Position numbers and translations under genes: made by a program | DNA from: Phoronis australis | Lineage: Eukaryota; Animalia; Phoronida | NCBI GenBank assembly: GCA_002633005.1 | Contig: NMRA01000431.1 | Span: 63,768-120,500, forward strand | Direction: 5' to 3' | DNA: 56,733 nt | The notes under the pieces: model-generated | The model's database searches: none | The model's input: the letters and a program-made list of their open reading frames with translations, nothing else | Told to the model about the DNA's origin: nothing | Shown: positions 36,667-49,853 of the stretch, piece by piece | Layout of the letters: the number at the start of each line of letters is the position of its first letter | How positions within the stretch are numbered: the stretch's first letter is position 1

Positions 36667-36939
36667 GTAAAGTGAAAATGATTAAAACCAGCAATTTGGT
36701 TGAATTCAGTTTTTGAGTTGCATGGTTTATGTGTTCTAAGAACAAAGGCAGTCTAGGAATGAACATAACTTGTTTACAGTTCACAGTAAAACTGAAGTCA
36801 ACGCCAGTGCCAGGATGGGTGATGTTGGGCCCTCATTTAACAACATGGCAGTCAGATTATCAACATGTTGTGGGTGTGTGTGTGTGTACGCTGGGATATT
36901 ACCATTAATCACCTGTCTCTACAAAATATTCCATTACAG

Positions 36940-37013
36940 GATCTGAAAGACTATATGAGGCAAGCTGGTGAAGTGACCTATGCTGATGCTCACAAACACA
37001 CAAAGGGCGAAGG
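36940..37013 (+). CDS. SRSF4/5/6: SR paralog B, coding exon 5
   Basis: tacag|...|gtgaga; [25 protein letters not shown]. Confidence 0.97.
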
Positions 37014-37565
37014 GTGAGACTTTGTGTTCATTGTTGGAATGTGAAGAAAGAAATTTGATAGTTTACCATTTGTCTGCCCTAATAAGGGAAGTATGTTTAC
37101 TATCAAAATTGTAATTCCAGGTTTTGCATAAAGCGAAGTTTTTACTTTGGTTTTCTTTTTATTTTATGTTTCTCTATGATTTGTGTTTGGGTAAACATGA
37201 AAGTTCAGCGTAATGTCCACCTGGATAATTTCCCAATTTTCACTCGTAACTGCCCATGTTTGGCTTACTGCCTACCCCCAATTGATATAATCCAGGTTTA
37301 TTTGAAAGTGTCCGTGTTTTTTGCAAATGTCCATCACGTGCAAATTTTTGCTCCCAAAATATACGATGCTCACGTATCTTAAAGTAACAGTCAAGAGATT
37401 GAGCAATACCCTGCCTTGGAGTTACACTTGTATGGTGCTTCTAAAAAGATTCCATGTATGCTTTGCCTGTGACTTTATTGGCAATAATGATTGGATGAGC
37501 ATGGGAATGTTTTGAAACTCTGTGTTGAGACTTAAAGGTTGGCAAGTTAACTGGCAAGATGTAGC

Positions 37566-39298
37566 TTTATTATGCGCCCACATATTTATATGTGGACGCA
37601 TTGTGCCATCATCTCCGTCCGGGCGGCATCCGCTGCTCTATCTCCAAAACCCAGGGCTTGGAATTTTCACGGAAACGAGGATTTCCGCTTTTTTCAAATG
37701 TTCTGTCTGCGTATTTTATTATATTTCCGCGTAAAAAAATCGGATTTGATATAAAATTTCCGCGGCAAATTTCTTTCTTACCGCCGCGTTGCCGACGACT
37801 TTCACCTCGAAAAGCGGAAGTTGCTCTTTATGTTTCGGAGGAACGTAAATTGTCAACATTGCCGGGGCATCTGGGATAGTGTGGTGGATTTCCTCAATGG
37901 CGGCTCGTGTGATTGTAAACCGCGGCGACAAGTACTACGACTCTGCAGCCAAAAATGTTTGGAGGCGGGAGTGGCGGACGAGCTAAGACAGACGCACGCT
38001 TCCGGAGGTGATCCCGTATTTTTAAATTTTTTTTTAGTCCTCTCGATTTTTGTCGGCATAAGGTCCACACCGACTTTTTCAAGGCTGCCTGCGCGCATGT
38101 TTCGGGCCGTAAAAATTTCCGCGTTTTTCGCCATTTGTCATTCCAAGCCCTGAAAACCCTTTGACATCCGTTCATGAAATTTGGCACACATGTTCCATTC
38201 ATGAATGGGAGGACATGAGCGAACTTTCGGACGGTTCCAACTACTGGTGTGCCCCTAGTTTATTACGTTTATCTTTGTATCTTCAAAAGTCCTGAACGGA
38301 TTTTCATGAAATTTGGTATGTAGGCACCTATTAGTGAGATGACGCTGTCCTCCTGTTTTCGGATGGATTCGACGTAGTTTGTGCCACCTAGTGGCCATTT
38401 TTACTGTTTTCGACCAAATCGCTCAAAGGATGGATGATTGTGAAAATTGGCATGTATGTGCTTACTATGAAGAGGACGGTTGATGATGATTTTCTGACGA
38501 TTTTGAATACTGTGGCGCCTCCTAGTGGCAGTTTTGTTTTTTGCGCCTATGGCTGTATCTCCTAAACTGTTCGTAGGATCTTTACGAAATTTTGTAAGTA
38601 TATTTATATGATGTTAACAACGGACGACGACGACTTTTGGACAGATCCGATTACCGGTGTGCCCCCTAGTGGCAATTTTATTTTTTATGTTTACCTTTGT
38701 ATCTTCAAAAGTCCTTAACGGATTTTCATGAAATTTAATATGTAGGCACCTATTGGTGAGGTAACGCTGTCTGCCCGTTTTCAGATGGATTCACGTAGTT
38801 TGCCCTACGTAGTGGCCATTTTTTGCTGTTTTCAAATCCTGTTTTTGATGTCCACCCCTGTATCAACCAAATCACTTGAAAATTGGCATATATGTTCTTA
38901 GTGTGAAGTTGACCTTTGATGATGGTGACTGACTACTGTGGCGCTTCCTAGTGGTAGTTTTGTTTTGCACCCATAGTTGTATCTCCTAAACCCACTGCAG
39001 GATCTTTATTAAATTTAGTAAGTGTATTTATATGAAGATAACAACAGACGACGACTTTCAGGCGGATCCAACGGACACTGTGCCCACTAGTGGCAATTTC
39101 ATTTTATTCTGTTTTCCTTTGTTTCTCTGAAGTTCCTTGACAGATTTTTATGAAATATGACATGCTCCTGTTTTTGGATGGAATGTATGTTTTTGCGCCA
39201 TCTAGTGGCCATTTTTATGATACAAATAAATAACCCTAAAAGCACACCATTTGCAATGCATTCATGGACGCACTTCAACGCTCCGCGTTGCTCTTGTT
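37566..39298 (+). mobile_element. HINE/Helentron-associated element, same subfamily as 11030-12686, with nested MITE
   Basis: 5' TTATGCGCCCACATAT..TATGTGGACGCA; tandem CCTAGTGGC subunits; 3' CAACGCTCCGCGTTG hairpin and CTCTTGTT. Confidence 0.8.
37652..38152. mobile_element. hAT-like MITE with 6-bp TSD (second copy)
   Basis: CAGGGCTTGGAAT...ATTCCAAGCCCTG with AAAACC on both sides. Confidence 0.88.
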
Positions 39299-39750
39299 TG
39301 GAAATCCTTTTTACTTTGTTCAAGCGTGAAAATAAATCTGTATAATTTGATGCCTGCACACGAGTCTGGCGTGTTTACTTGAATTGACTGTTCCAGAAAG
39401 TGTCCACTTCTGACTTAGAAAACTTAATTTTTAAATATACTTCATTGCAAGCTTTAATGCCCACCCTCAAGTAGCCTAGGCGTTAACCCAGTTGAGTGTG
39501 GTATATCCATAAGATTTGGTAACACTCAATGCAAGCTGAGCCAGTTGCAACTATATATACAACACTCAGATGGAACAGGGTCTACTGCTGTTTGAATTGT
39601 GATCTTGTCACAAATTCAAATTTTGATGTCTCGCTTTTGTGACAGTTTTATTTCAACATGGTTGAAGTTGACTATAATGAATGTTGATGCCTAAATATAA
39701 CCCACGGGTTACTTGTGAGCTATCATTCATTAATTTAAATTGCTTTTCAG

Positions 39751-39876
39751 AGTAGTGGAATTTGCCTCTCACTCTGATATGAAAGACGCCATCCGTAAGC
39801 TGGATGGCACAAGAATACAGGATCGCAAGATTGAAGTAAGGGAAGATAAATCCAATCATAGCAGCAGGAGAAGGGG
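39751..39876 (+). CDS. SRSF4/5/6: SR paralog B, coding exon 6
   Basis: ttttcag|...|gtgagc; VVEFASHSDMKDAIRKLDGTRIQDRKIEVREDKSNHSSRRR. Confidence 0.95.
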
Positions 39877-40660
39877 GTGAGCTTGTGTTCATCTTTGTCA
39901 ATATTAACATATTTAGACTTACAAGGCCAGCATTGTTGGTTGTGGTCTCCACCCAAGCTCATTTGGAAACTTGCTGCTTAAAGCAATAAGTGCTGTCCAC
40001 ATCTATTTCAACTTGGTCTCGATTTTTTTTTTGAAAGCCCTAGAATGCCCGTAAGTAAGGTTTAAAATGCCATGGCTTGCCAAGTGAGGCATAATTCAGT
40101 GCTTGTGCGATTGCCCCCAGTGTTTTTTTTTTGTTTCAAACAAGGTGTTCTATTGGAAACACTGCATCAATTTAAAAAAGCAAAGACCAGAACCAGCTAT
40201 GCTTTAAATAATTAATAACTGGAAGGTCTCAAAGAATTTGCAAGAATATTGCATTGACTGGTTAAAATGTACAAAACTGTACATAACAAACAAGCTAATA
40301 ACATCAGCCAATCAAGTTATGGGAACATGAAAACAAAATGTGTTAAGTTGATTTTACATTGTGCTTGGGGCTCTTGCAGTATAGGTCAAAGATGTGTGGA
40401 AAACTGCCTGTGGCTGATAAACGGCATATTAGACTTAACGCCATTGAAAAAAAGAGCGGAGAATGAAAGAAATTCACCTTCTTAACATGATACAAAGGCT
40501 GACTTGACACAAATTTATACGAAGGACAATTTCACCTATTTACAATTTATTGATGAACAGTGTATTAAAGGTTTAAAGACTTTCTGGTCAATATCTTGGA
40601 ACAATTCATCTGTTTAACACAAATTTTAGGTTTTCTGTTGGATGTTATTGTTTATTGTAG

Positions 40661-40919
40661 TGATTCAAGGTCTCGATCGCGCAGCCGATCTAGAAGCCGT
40701 TCTCGCAGGCGTAGCCGCAGCCGATCCAAGAGCAAGTCAAGGTCACGCAGTCGTGGCTCAAAGTCACACTCGAAGTCTCGCAGTCGTTCTCGCTCTCGCA
40801 GCAAAAGTGGCGGTAGGTCTGAGAGCAGAAGTAAGTCACCTGAGAAGAGGAAATCTGCTAAAAATGGTGATGAGTCTTCAGGCAGTCGGAATGAGGAGCG
40901 AGAGAAAAGTGCAGAGTGA
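40661..40919 (+). CDS. SRSF4/5/6: SR paralog B, last coding exon (RS domain)
   Basis: ttgtag|t GAT TCA AGG; DSRSRSRSRSRSRSRRRSRSRSKSKSRS...KSPEKRKSAKNGDESSGSRNEEREKSAE then TGA. Confidence 0.96.
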
Positions 40920-41090
40920 TATATCAAACATTTACGACTGCTTGTTGACTGGATGTCAACCATTGCTTTGGACTGGACTGTGTGTTGAACAGGGGGGCCT
41001 TCCAGTTCCCCTATTCACTTGATGCTGGTTTCGCAGCTGAAAGTGTAGCAGCTTTTATATGACTTGATTTACTGTTGTGAACTGTGTAAC

Positions 41091-41096
41091 AATAAA
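41091..41096 (+). terminator. Candidate polyadenylation signal, SR paralog B
   Basis: AATAAA ~170 nt after the stop, followed by U-rich sequence. Confidence 0.6.
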
Positions 41097-41739
41097 GTAT
41101 TATTTTACTATATTATTCATGTTTTCAGTTTACTGATAACTTGGAATTTCCGTCCCTTGTTCCCGGGGGGTAGACATCAAATTAATGCAGGACTGACATC
41201 AGTTTGGCTCGCTCTAGCTGCTTCCCATTGGCGAATTCTGAGCGGCACTGGCGATGTCAGAGCTAAGTCTGTTCACCAACTTGGGGAATGCTTTCACAAC
41301 TTGACTATGGAAATTAATGTAGGGAAACCTACTCGAGTGTCAATCACAGTCGGCTCTAATCAAGTCGACATTCTTACATGATCCGAGTCCTAAAAAATAG
41401 CAAGCGAATGTTCAATTTCATGTCGAAGACTCGCCCTGAAAACACTTTTACCAGCATGACAGCGTTTTCCCGTTCAGTGACTACCAGACGTAGGGGGTTC
41501 TGATAACACCTAGCTTCTCTGTTAACTACCGAGCACCGTCTTTTTTCTGTTACGACAACAAGCAGGCCAATTATCTACCAGGCTTATTACAGACCACCTG
41601 TGAACACAGTCAAACTAGGGTGAATTGTTGTATTCGGGAAGAATATAGATTGTAATTTCGGTTGCAGTTGGGCGATTTGACGATTCAAAAACTAAACATG
41701 ATCACCATTTGATAAAGATTTCAGAAATGCTATTGGTTT

Positions 41740-43130
41740 CAGGGCTCGACATAACGAGCTGCAGGTCGCAAATGCGACCTGAAATTTGGAAATGCGAGCT
41801 GAAATTTTGTCCAGCTCGCATTAAGTCGCAAAATGCGACCTGGAATTTCCAGCGTATGCGAGCTGAGTTTTTAAACTTCGCGGCAGATACTTGGGAAATG
41901 TTGAGCAACTCAGGTGATTCCGACCGTTATTTGGTTGTTGCCAAATCAAGTTAAAAAAAATTCATTGAGAAAAGCGCTCCCGATGACTTGTAAACATGTC
42001 GCATGAACAAGGGAATACAGAATTGGTCTGACGCATTTTATTGACCAATACCTTCGGCCTTTTGCAAATTTCCGGATGTGCCCAAGAAAGTTTCGGACCT
42101 CCGAATAACACGTGATAATACGTCAGAAAGCAGCGGTGTTTCTACTAATTCTTAAACGACGAAATTACCAAGCTTTGTGGTGGAAAACATTTATTTTTCA
42201 CGTAAGGTGTCCTTAATATCAAATTACGGCAACACCCACGGCAATATGCCTGGTCGCACTGCGGCACTGGTCGGTTCCACTGTTAGCGCCGGAAAGCGGT
42301 CCCGGCAGACAATCGTCGTGACTTGGAAAAATGCGTCTCGTTTTTTATTGCGAAAGACAGCAAATGTGAAAATGACATCCGAATTAATCGCCAAACGACG
42401 GGCATGCCTTTACGCGCTTTCGGCAGAATAGTAGAAACCCGCACCGTCGGAAATCATTTCGAGGCTTTTTATTTCATGGGAAACTAATTGACTACGTACC
42501 GGTAAACAGAATAAGTCCCACATTTTTTGTTGTGAAATTTGCAGTGAATTGTTTCTGCGTATCAATATGTCATTCAGCGAGTAGGGCAACGTTTCACGAA
42601 TTTCTTCCGACAAGATGTTTTTTCAAAAGTCAAGTCGAAAAGTTTGGCCTGCGAACAAATGGAAGGAATTCGCACTCAGAGTTATCAATCTTTGGATCTT
42701 TAACGACTTTGATGACAGTCATATAGCAAGTCAGTCCTAGAAAAGTCGCGGATACTTTTTCAACAAGTATTTTCTTCTTTTTCACGTTGCACACTTAGCT
42801 AATCGAATGCATTTAACTTTCACGTCGGCAACTGCCTTGCTCTCCAGGGTCTTTCACTGGATGGCGCCAGTGAAGAATGGTAACGAGGTGCATGCATGAT
42901 ATGCTTGTAAGAACTCAGTTTTGCGACCTGAAATTTGTGAGTATTCAACGTCGCAGGAGCATAATCTAGGCATTTTCTGATGACGTAAAAGCCAATTTTG
43001 GTCCGTAAAAATGACGGGAAATTTTCGCGACCTGGAATTTGTGAATGCGAGCTGGATTTTGAAAATGCGACCTAGGATTTTGGCTCGGTCTCAAAATGCG
43101 ACCTGTCGATTTTCATAGCGTCGAGCCCTG
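41740..43130. mobile_element. hAT-like non-autonomous element with 5-bp TSD
   Basis: TIR CAGGGCTCGAC...GTCGAGCCCTG; subterminal TGCGACCT/AGGTCGCA repeats; GGTTT on both flanks. Confidence 0.85.
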
Positions 43131-43975
43131 GGTTTATGTTCAAATATGTTACAACTTTTATTTTTAACAGCAAAGCCCAGTCATGGTAGATACGATTTTA
43201 TTGGAGATTAGAGCATTATCGAACAAAAGAGAGCTGGCCCTCCATCCCTAAATGTCAGAATGGAGTTTATCATCTGTGTAGGATATTGGCTACAGGGGTT
43301 AACTTCCCAACTTGTTGGGCTACAGAATCTAACAAGTTGGGAGCAACGGGAAAATGCCGTAATGGTCTTGGTAATGGCGATTTCTGGCTTCATACCGCTT
43401 GTCTGCAAGTGACAATGTCGACGACTAGAAGACTATTTCGGAGACAAACTTGACCAAGTCTCAATAACTTACACTGGTGACGTGGTGGTAGCCGGTTGGA
43501 CGGCATTAATTACTCAGGGGATAAAACTGGACTGAGTTAAGCTGTCTCAGTCATGCAATTTTAACTCAATTGAGCTGTCTCAATCACTTTGTAATTTGAA
43601 CTCAAGGTGTAAAATCATTATTTTCAAATTACGTGAATCTCCCAATTCATTTCTAACTTTACCAATTTTCAGCGTATAATTTTTGTCAAAAATTGTTTGA
43701 GGATTGACATTGACAGGTTTTCTTGTCAAGGTGTAAAAGGCGCGGAAAGAACGAGTGTGTTATCTATTTTTAAAGCAAAATACGTCGCATGTCGTACCTA
43801 GCCAGCTAAATGATGCGAGTGTAAGAAGTTATTGAGCGACTGGGACGTGTTTGAATTTTGGCGGTGGCCGAAAGAAAGCAAGGTACAAAGTGAATGTCAG
43901 TTCGTTACTTAATGAGTTTTATATTACCTGTTCTGCACGATTAAGCTTTATTTTGCTAGCCACAAGTTATGTTTA

Positions 43976-44394
43976 GGGCTGTTCCAGTAAAATCTGTATG
44001 GGAGGGGGGGAAGGCACCTTTTTTTCGCACCCACCACCCATAATTTTCATTTATTTCTTCAGCCTACTACCCGTAATTTTTTATAAGTTTGAAATGCAAC
44101 CACCCGTAATTTTTTTTTTTTTTTGTGGTTGACTGCACAGGTGCTTGAGTTTATCTGTTCCTCCATCACCACTAACGTCATTCATTACTAAGAAAACGTA
44201 TGTTTCTTATATATGGTTATTAGCCATCAAGAAATTCGAGCATCTGTGGTTAAATGGTGTTATGGGCATGCCGATGAGGAGATCGGAGGGAGTGAAAAAG
44301 TCGGAGCTCTTTGCAAGTTGCATTTTTGTTTCAGTTTTTGATTCTGTGTAGATTGTTTATAAAATTTACTAAACTTACCCACCATCAAACATTN
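43976..44394. mobile_element. Left part of the Harbinger-like MITE (empty site for the 835-1328 insertion)
   Basis: TTA|GGGCTGTTCCAGTAAAATCTG; colinear with 477-834 plus 1329-1395; similarity ends at an N. Confidence 0.8.
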
Positions 44395-47099
44395 TTGGAC
44401 GCAAATGTCTTGCTCATCAAACTGGCCACGTGGCCGGCATACCCCCGCCGTAACCCAGGGATAGAGGGGAACTCCTGCCCAATTTTCTAAGGTCAACATC
44501 ATTTAAATTCCCGTGGCCAGCGTACCCTCGCAGTAACTCTGGTATAGGGAGAACCTCTGCCCAAACTTGTTAGGTCATAATGAAACTCATGTTGGCTGAC
44601 ATCCCCTCCAACTTATTCGGTTACTATATGACCTTGGAACGTTGATAATTTTAAGGCAAACGTCTTATCTTGTAGTACATTATGAAAAGGACCTGTGCAT
44701 AACATGAAAAATAAAACGTTGGGTCCGTAGAACTGTACTTTTATCAATTGTGGGGTTAGGAAAAGAGAAAGTTTTTGACTAATAATTTTTTAAAATGGCT
44801 AAAAGTTTTCAGATGCTGTAGCCATTTTGGCTAAAACCCATAAAAGTGTAGCGCGAGCCCAGATTAGGATATACCTGAGCATAGCTGTGTAGGTTTTCAA
44901 AGTGTTGCTGATTTTTAACATATTATATTTCTCCATTATAAATGAGCTCAACGCTAAAAATCTTGGGGTTTTGAAGGCTGAAAATCCAGTAATTGAACGA
45001 CGCAAGTCGTTTTCTTGAGACCACCGAAATCTCTCAGTAAAAGCATGCTTAGCATAGTGGGATATCATCGGATTTGGAAAATGTGTTGAGAGCAGAACTT
45101 CAGCCTAACGTTCCAGGGAATTGGGTGACATTTAGAAAATGGTAAAAGGAACTTCCGTTTTGTCACACCTACTTAGCACTTGAAACATGAGCATTGATCA
45201 CTAATATGGCGAGATATCGCGACTTGCTGGGCCAATTGGTCTGGTGGAAGAAACTGACCTTGCTGACCTTGAAATGGCGACATGATTAGCTTTACCGTAA
45301 AATTTTAGTTGTAATGAACATTTTTTGTTTATGATGAAAATTCATTAAGATCTAAGCCTAGAAAGCATATCTGGGCGTTGAACAGGAGTTGAAACTGTAT
45401 ATAATGGTGTATCTCACCGTTCCAGAAAAGTATTAAAAATGTTCAAGTTTGCTGTTGAAATGTTCAGATTTTTAGCATAAAGCGATTGTTTCTTAATTAG
45501 AGAAACACCTTCAGATATTATGTCCACTGTTTTATTCAATTCTGATGTTTTATTTAGAGCAGCCATCATTCTTCCCTCATAGTGATTCTCATGAACACCA
45601 TCATTATCTCATTTATTCGATTCTGTTCTCAGAGATGTATTTTTCTCATCAACTGAAATTCAGATCTCCTGAACTTGTTTATATCTCATTGGCTGCTTTT
45701 TGTCTCTCACAAATGACATTCTTTTCTTCCAAATAGTTATTTTGTGGAGTCATTTTATGTTATGGTTACGCGGTGCTTTATTCAGAAGCAAAACTGATGT
45801 TGACAGGCAGTGAAATTCAGGAAGATTGTTTTAATTTATACATATTGTAGTGAATTTGTAAAACACCTAGGCCAATGGAGAAAACAACATGGGGTCCTTA
45901 TAATGATGCATTAGTGATGTTCTCTATCTACATGTCAAAAGGGATGCTGAACCCAGTTTTGACCCATTAACAGATACTGAAAACGACTTTCCCATCCCCT
46001 TCTCTGAAACAATGCCGTGTTACCGTCAACAACTAAAAAGTTGGGAGCATTGAAATTTTAAAACATACAAATCTGCTAAATAACGGGGCAAGCATGACCT
46101 ACGATTTAGGTGAGACAGACAGCTGCAGGGAAAGACCACCAGTTCGTGACTCGGAGAGTGCAAATTGTTACTTGAATCTTGCTTTTAATACTCGAGTGGG
46201 ACACAAGTGATGCATTAATTAATACAGAACCATTGGTTGAAATCGTCGGATTAGTGATCCTTTTAATGGCCAATATCATGACCGCTATACATGAAGAAGT
46301 GAATACAGACGAGCAGAAACAATTGCATCTTATAATTTCATGATTTGTCCTTAAATGGTATTGTATCGACTTTACAAACTGTCCCTCAGTTTTCTAAACA
46401 CAGTATACCTCGAATAATTGGTCACTTTCAGTAGTCAGGTTAGTACCGTGACGGCTGATGATTACTGGGCACCTGTGGTGCGCTTGGTCAGCAGTCTGGA
46501 AACCTTACACGAACGATATACCGACATCCCGATTGTGTTTCCAATTACCTATTGTCTCAGCACGCACAGTGTTGAAACTATTTCTGGCAAACTGACTGCC
46601 TATGGCGACCTGGGTCACAAGCTAGATTCTATTCATTCAGGATGGTCTCATGTAACACTAAGTTCAGTCACAAGACTAACTTGTGTACACCCAGCACGGG
46701 GTATAGTGTAAAACTAAATCCCGCCGCTGTCTGTGTATGGAGATACACCCTCACCGCATCATCAGGTTAGTTCATCAATATTACACATGTAGACCACCTG
46801 GGGTCGCTACCGTCGACTGCCTGCAGCTACTCGAGATACTTATTTTATCACTGAATAGTTAGTCCAAATAGTGTTTACTATTTATATATATATGTATAGA
46901 TTTGACTTGTAATTTTACATGTTAAAGTTTCCAAATGTCTAATGCTTCATGTATGTATCTCAGTATCTATCTTGCCTGTTTAAGTTTGTTTAAACTTTTT
47001 ATCCGTTTATCTTACCCACCCTTTGTGAATTTTTTCATGTGCGCTATTTCAATGAACTTGTATGACGACCGATATCCTAGGACCAATCAAAGAATAACA

Positions 47100-49853
47100 C
47101 ATGTAAATATCCATTTATGGCCAACGTAAGCCAGTTTTCTGCTGGCGCAGCTCTTGATCCTGCTCCTCTATTATCTAGTTATGGAGGTGAGAATGCACTA
47201 GACTTCTGTCTCTTATATAAGTCCCTTGAATGTTGCACCGAGGCTCCAATTACCAAATCCCATTTTTTGATACAGAAGGAGTTAAAAACTTTCTTGAACT
47301 AAATAAATCAAGTCTAACCGTGTTAAGTATTAACATTCAATCACTTAACGCAAAATTCACTCAATTTGAATCATTCCTGCACAACATTCATTCTAAAGAA
47401 TTATTTTTCGACATTATCTTAATACAAGAACCATGGTTAACCACGACCAGCTGCCTTTCAGTCTTTCAAATTGACGGTTACAACATGTACTCCAAACCTG
47501 CATCTGGCTTATGTTCAACACACGGTGGCCTTATCACTTACGTAACTGATAATCTTCATGTCAAAAAAATCCAAGTTCTTGATACTTATTTTACGTTCGA
47601 AGGCCTACTCACTTTTATCTCTATTAACAACAAAAGCATCTGCGTCGGTAACTTTTACAGACCACTGACTTCACTTGTTAGAACCTTTGACGTACGTGTT
47701 TCTGTCCCATCATCGAAAACCTTCAAAATCAGCGTAAAACACTGATTTTAGGGGGAGATTATAACTTAAATCTTCTAGAGACACAAACAAATAATAAAGT
47801 TCAAACATTCCTGGATTTTATGACTAATCACAATTTAAGACCTTCAATTACATATCCTACACGTCTTAGCCCCACATCAGCAACTTTAATAGATAACTTC
47901 TTTACATTCACATCATACGGTCACATTCATACACACTCTGGTATTCTTCTCTCTTTGATTTCAGACCACTGTCCTATCTTCATTGCTTCAAAATCGATAA
48001 AGAAAATCTACCCTAAACGCCCTACTTTCGTCTCAAAATATTCTTACACACCGCAAACAAAAACTCACTTTCTCAATAGCTTACGGAACTGCAATATCAT
48101 GAAAAAGCTAGACCGCAGCCTAGATTGTGACCCCAATCACAACTACGCAATACTCAGTGATACTTTGACATATCTCACGAAAAAACACTGGTCCAAAAAT
48201 GTTAGATATAATAAACACAAACACGCGCTTAACTCGTGGATTACACCTGGTATTTTAATTTCCATTCGTTACCGAGATAAACTGTACAAACAGACCAAGA
48301 CAACCCCTCGCAACACACAATCCTACGCTACATGCCACAACAATCTTAAAGTATACAACAAGATTCTCAAAAAAAACTATAGATTCCGCCAAGCAATCTC
48401 ACTATTATGACACATTCGAAAAAGGGAAGTCTGACATAAATAAAACATGGGATACAATAAAGACAGTTATGAACAACGGCGTTCGAACAAAAAATGACAC
48501 CCCAGAATGTCTCTTACGTTCAGATAACACTAAAACCAGTGACCTACCCGAAATGGCAAGTTTATTCAACACCTACTTTACCCAAATTGGCCCATCCCTT
48601 TGTGAATCAATAACTATGATAAAAAACAAGAATTTCAAAGACTATCTTCCCACGCCGAACAAATTTAAGTTCTCTTTCAAACCAATTAATAATAAACATG
48701 TACTAGATATTATAAGAGACATGGACGCAAAAAATAGCACTGGTCATGACAATTTATCATCTAAAATTATCAAACTAAGCAGTCCTTTTATAACTGAACC
48801 TCTCACGACCATCATCAACCAGTGCTTGCACACTGGTATATTTCCAGATGCTCTAAAGATTGCTAAGGTGATCCCAGTTTTTAAACAACATGGTTTGGAC
48901 CGAGAGCACCCGGGCAATTATAGACCCATTTCTATTCTTCCAACAATCTCAAAAATATAGAAAAAATTATCCATAATTAACTTTCAACTTTCCTAAATGA
49001 AAATGATATACTTAATAAACACCAATATGGTTTCAGGAAATGTCATTCTACAGAACTTGCTTCGCTTGAACTTTTAGACCGCATTTGTTCCCATCTTGAT
49101 AATGACATGAATCCCCTGGTCATTTTTCTAGATCTCTCGAAAGCTTTCGACACAGTAGACCACCAAATACTCTTGCAAAATATAAATCACTATGGTATTA
49201 CTGGAGTTGAATATACTCTGTTTAAAAGTTATCTCTCAAACCGCACCGAATATGTTTCACTAAGTGACACAACTTCCAGTTGGTTACCAATATCTACCGG
49301 AGTTCCCCAAGGCTCTGTCCTTGGCCCACTTCTCTTCCTAGTACAACCCAAAATTTTAATTCCTCCGTCCAACAAATTGTCATCAAGAGCCTGTATTAGA
49401 TTTCAGATTCCTAGACTTATAAACAACAACGAAATACCAGTCTCTGCTCTAAATATAATAAAAACGCATTCTTTGCAAGCATTCTCCAGGTTCTTAACCA
49501 ATTTTATTATTAGCAACTACGATCCAGTTTGTCATATTTCCAATTGCTTCATATGTAACAGTGTCTAATTGTATTCTCAAAATCTCCTGAGCTGTGCCAG
49601 TTTACTTCTTGGTTCCTGGCGTGTCTGTCGTTTTCAGCACTAATTCACTGTTTTCTTAAGTATTCCTACTGATCCATTTGTTTATCTTGTACAGGGGACC
49701 TTCTTATTAGCGGTCAATAACCTTTAGAAGGCCTCCTAACTGAAATCAAATTTTAATCAATGTATTATTATTATGTAATGTAAATAAAAGCATTTCTCTC
49801 GCTCTCTCTCCCTCTCCCCCTCCCCCCCTCCCTCTCCCTCTCTCTCTCTCTCT
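47100..49853 (+). mobile_element. CR1/L2-group LINE ORF2 pseudogene (APE plus partial RT) with 3' UTR and CT-rich tail
   Basis: APE motifs SINIQSL, ILIQEPWL, NFYRP, GDYN, TLIDNFF, SDHCPI; RT motifs GIFPDALKIAKVIPVFK, NYRPISILP, QYGFR, FLDLSKAFDTVDH, GVPQGSVLGPLLFL; C-terminal CHISNCFIC; stops and frameshifts; AATAAA then (CT)n. Confidence 0.93.

Noticed and set aside
11030-39298. Near-identical HINE copies in both paralogs as inherited from the duplication
   Set aside because: They sit in non-equivalent introns (after coding exon 6 in A, after exon 5 in B) and are far more similar than the genes, so they are independent later insertions.
2350-40919. Two SR genes as an uncollapsed haplotype duplication
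   Set aside because: Exons differ at many synonymous and amino-acid sites and introns do not align, so they are true paralogs.
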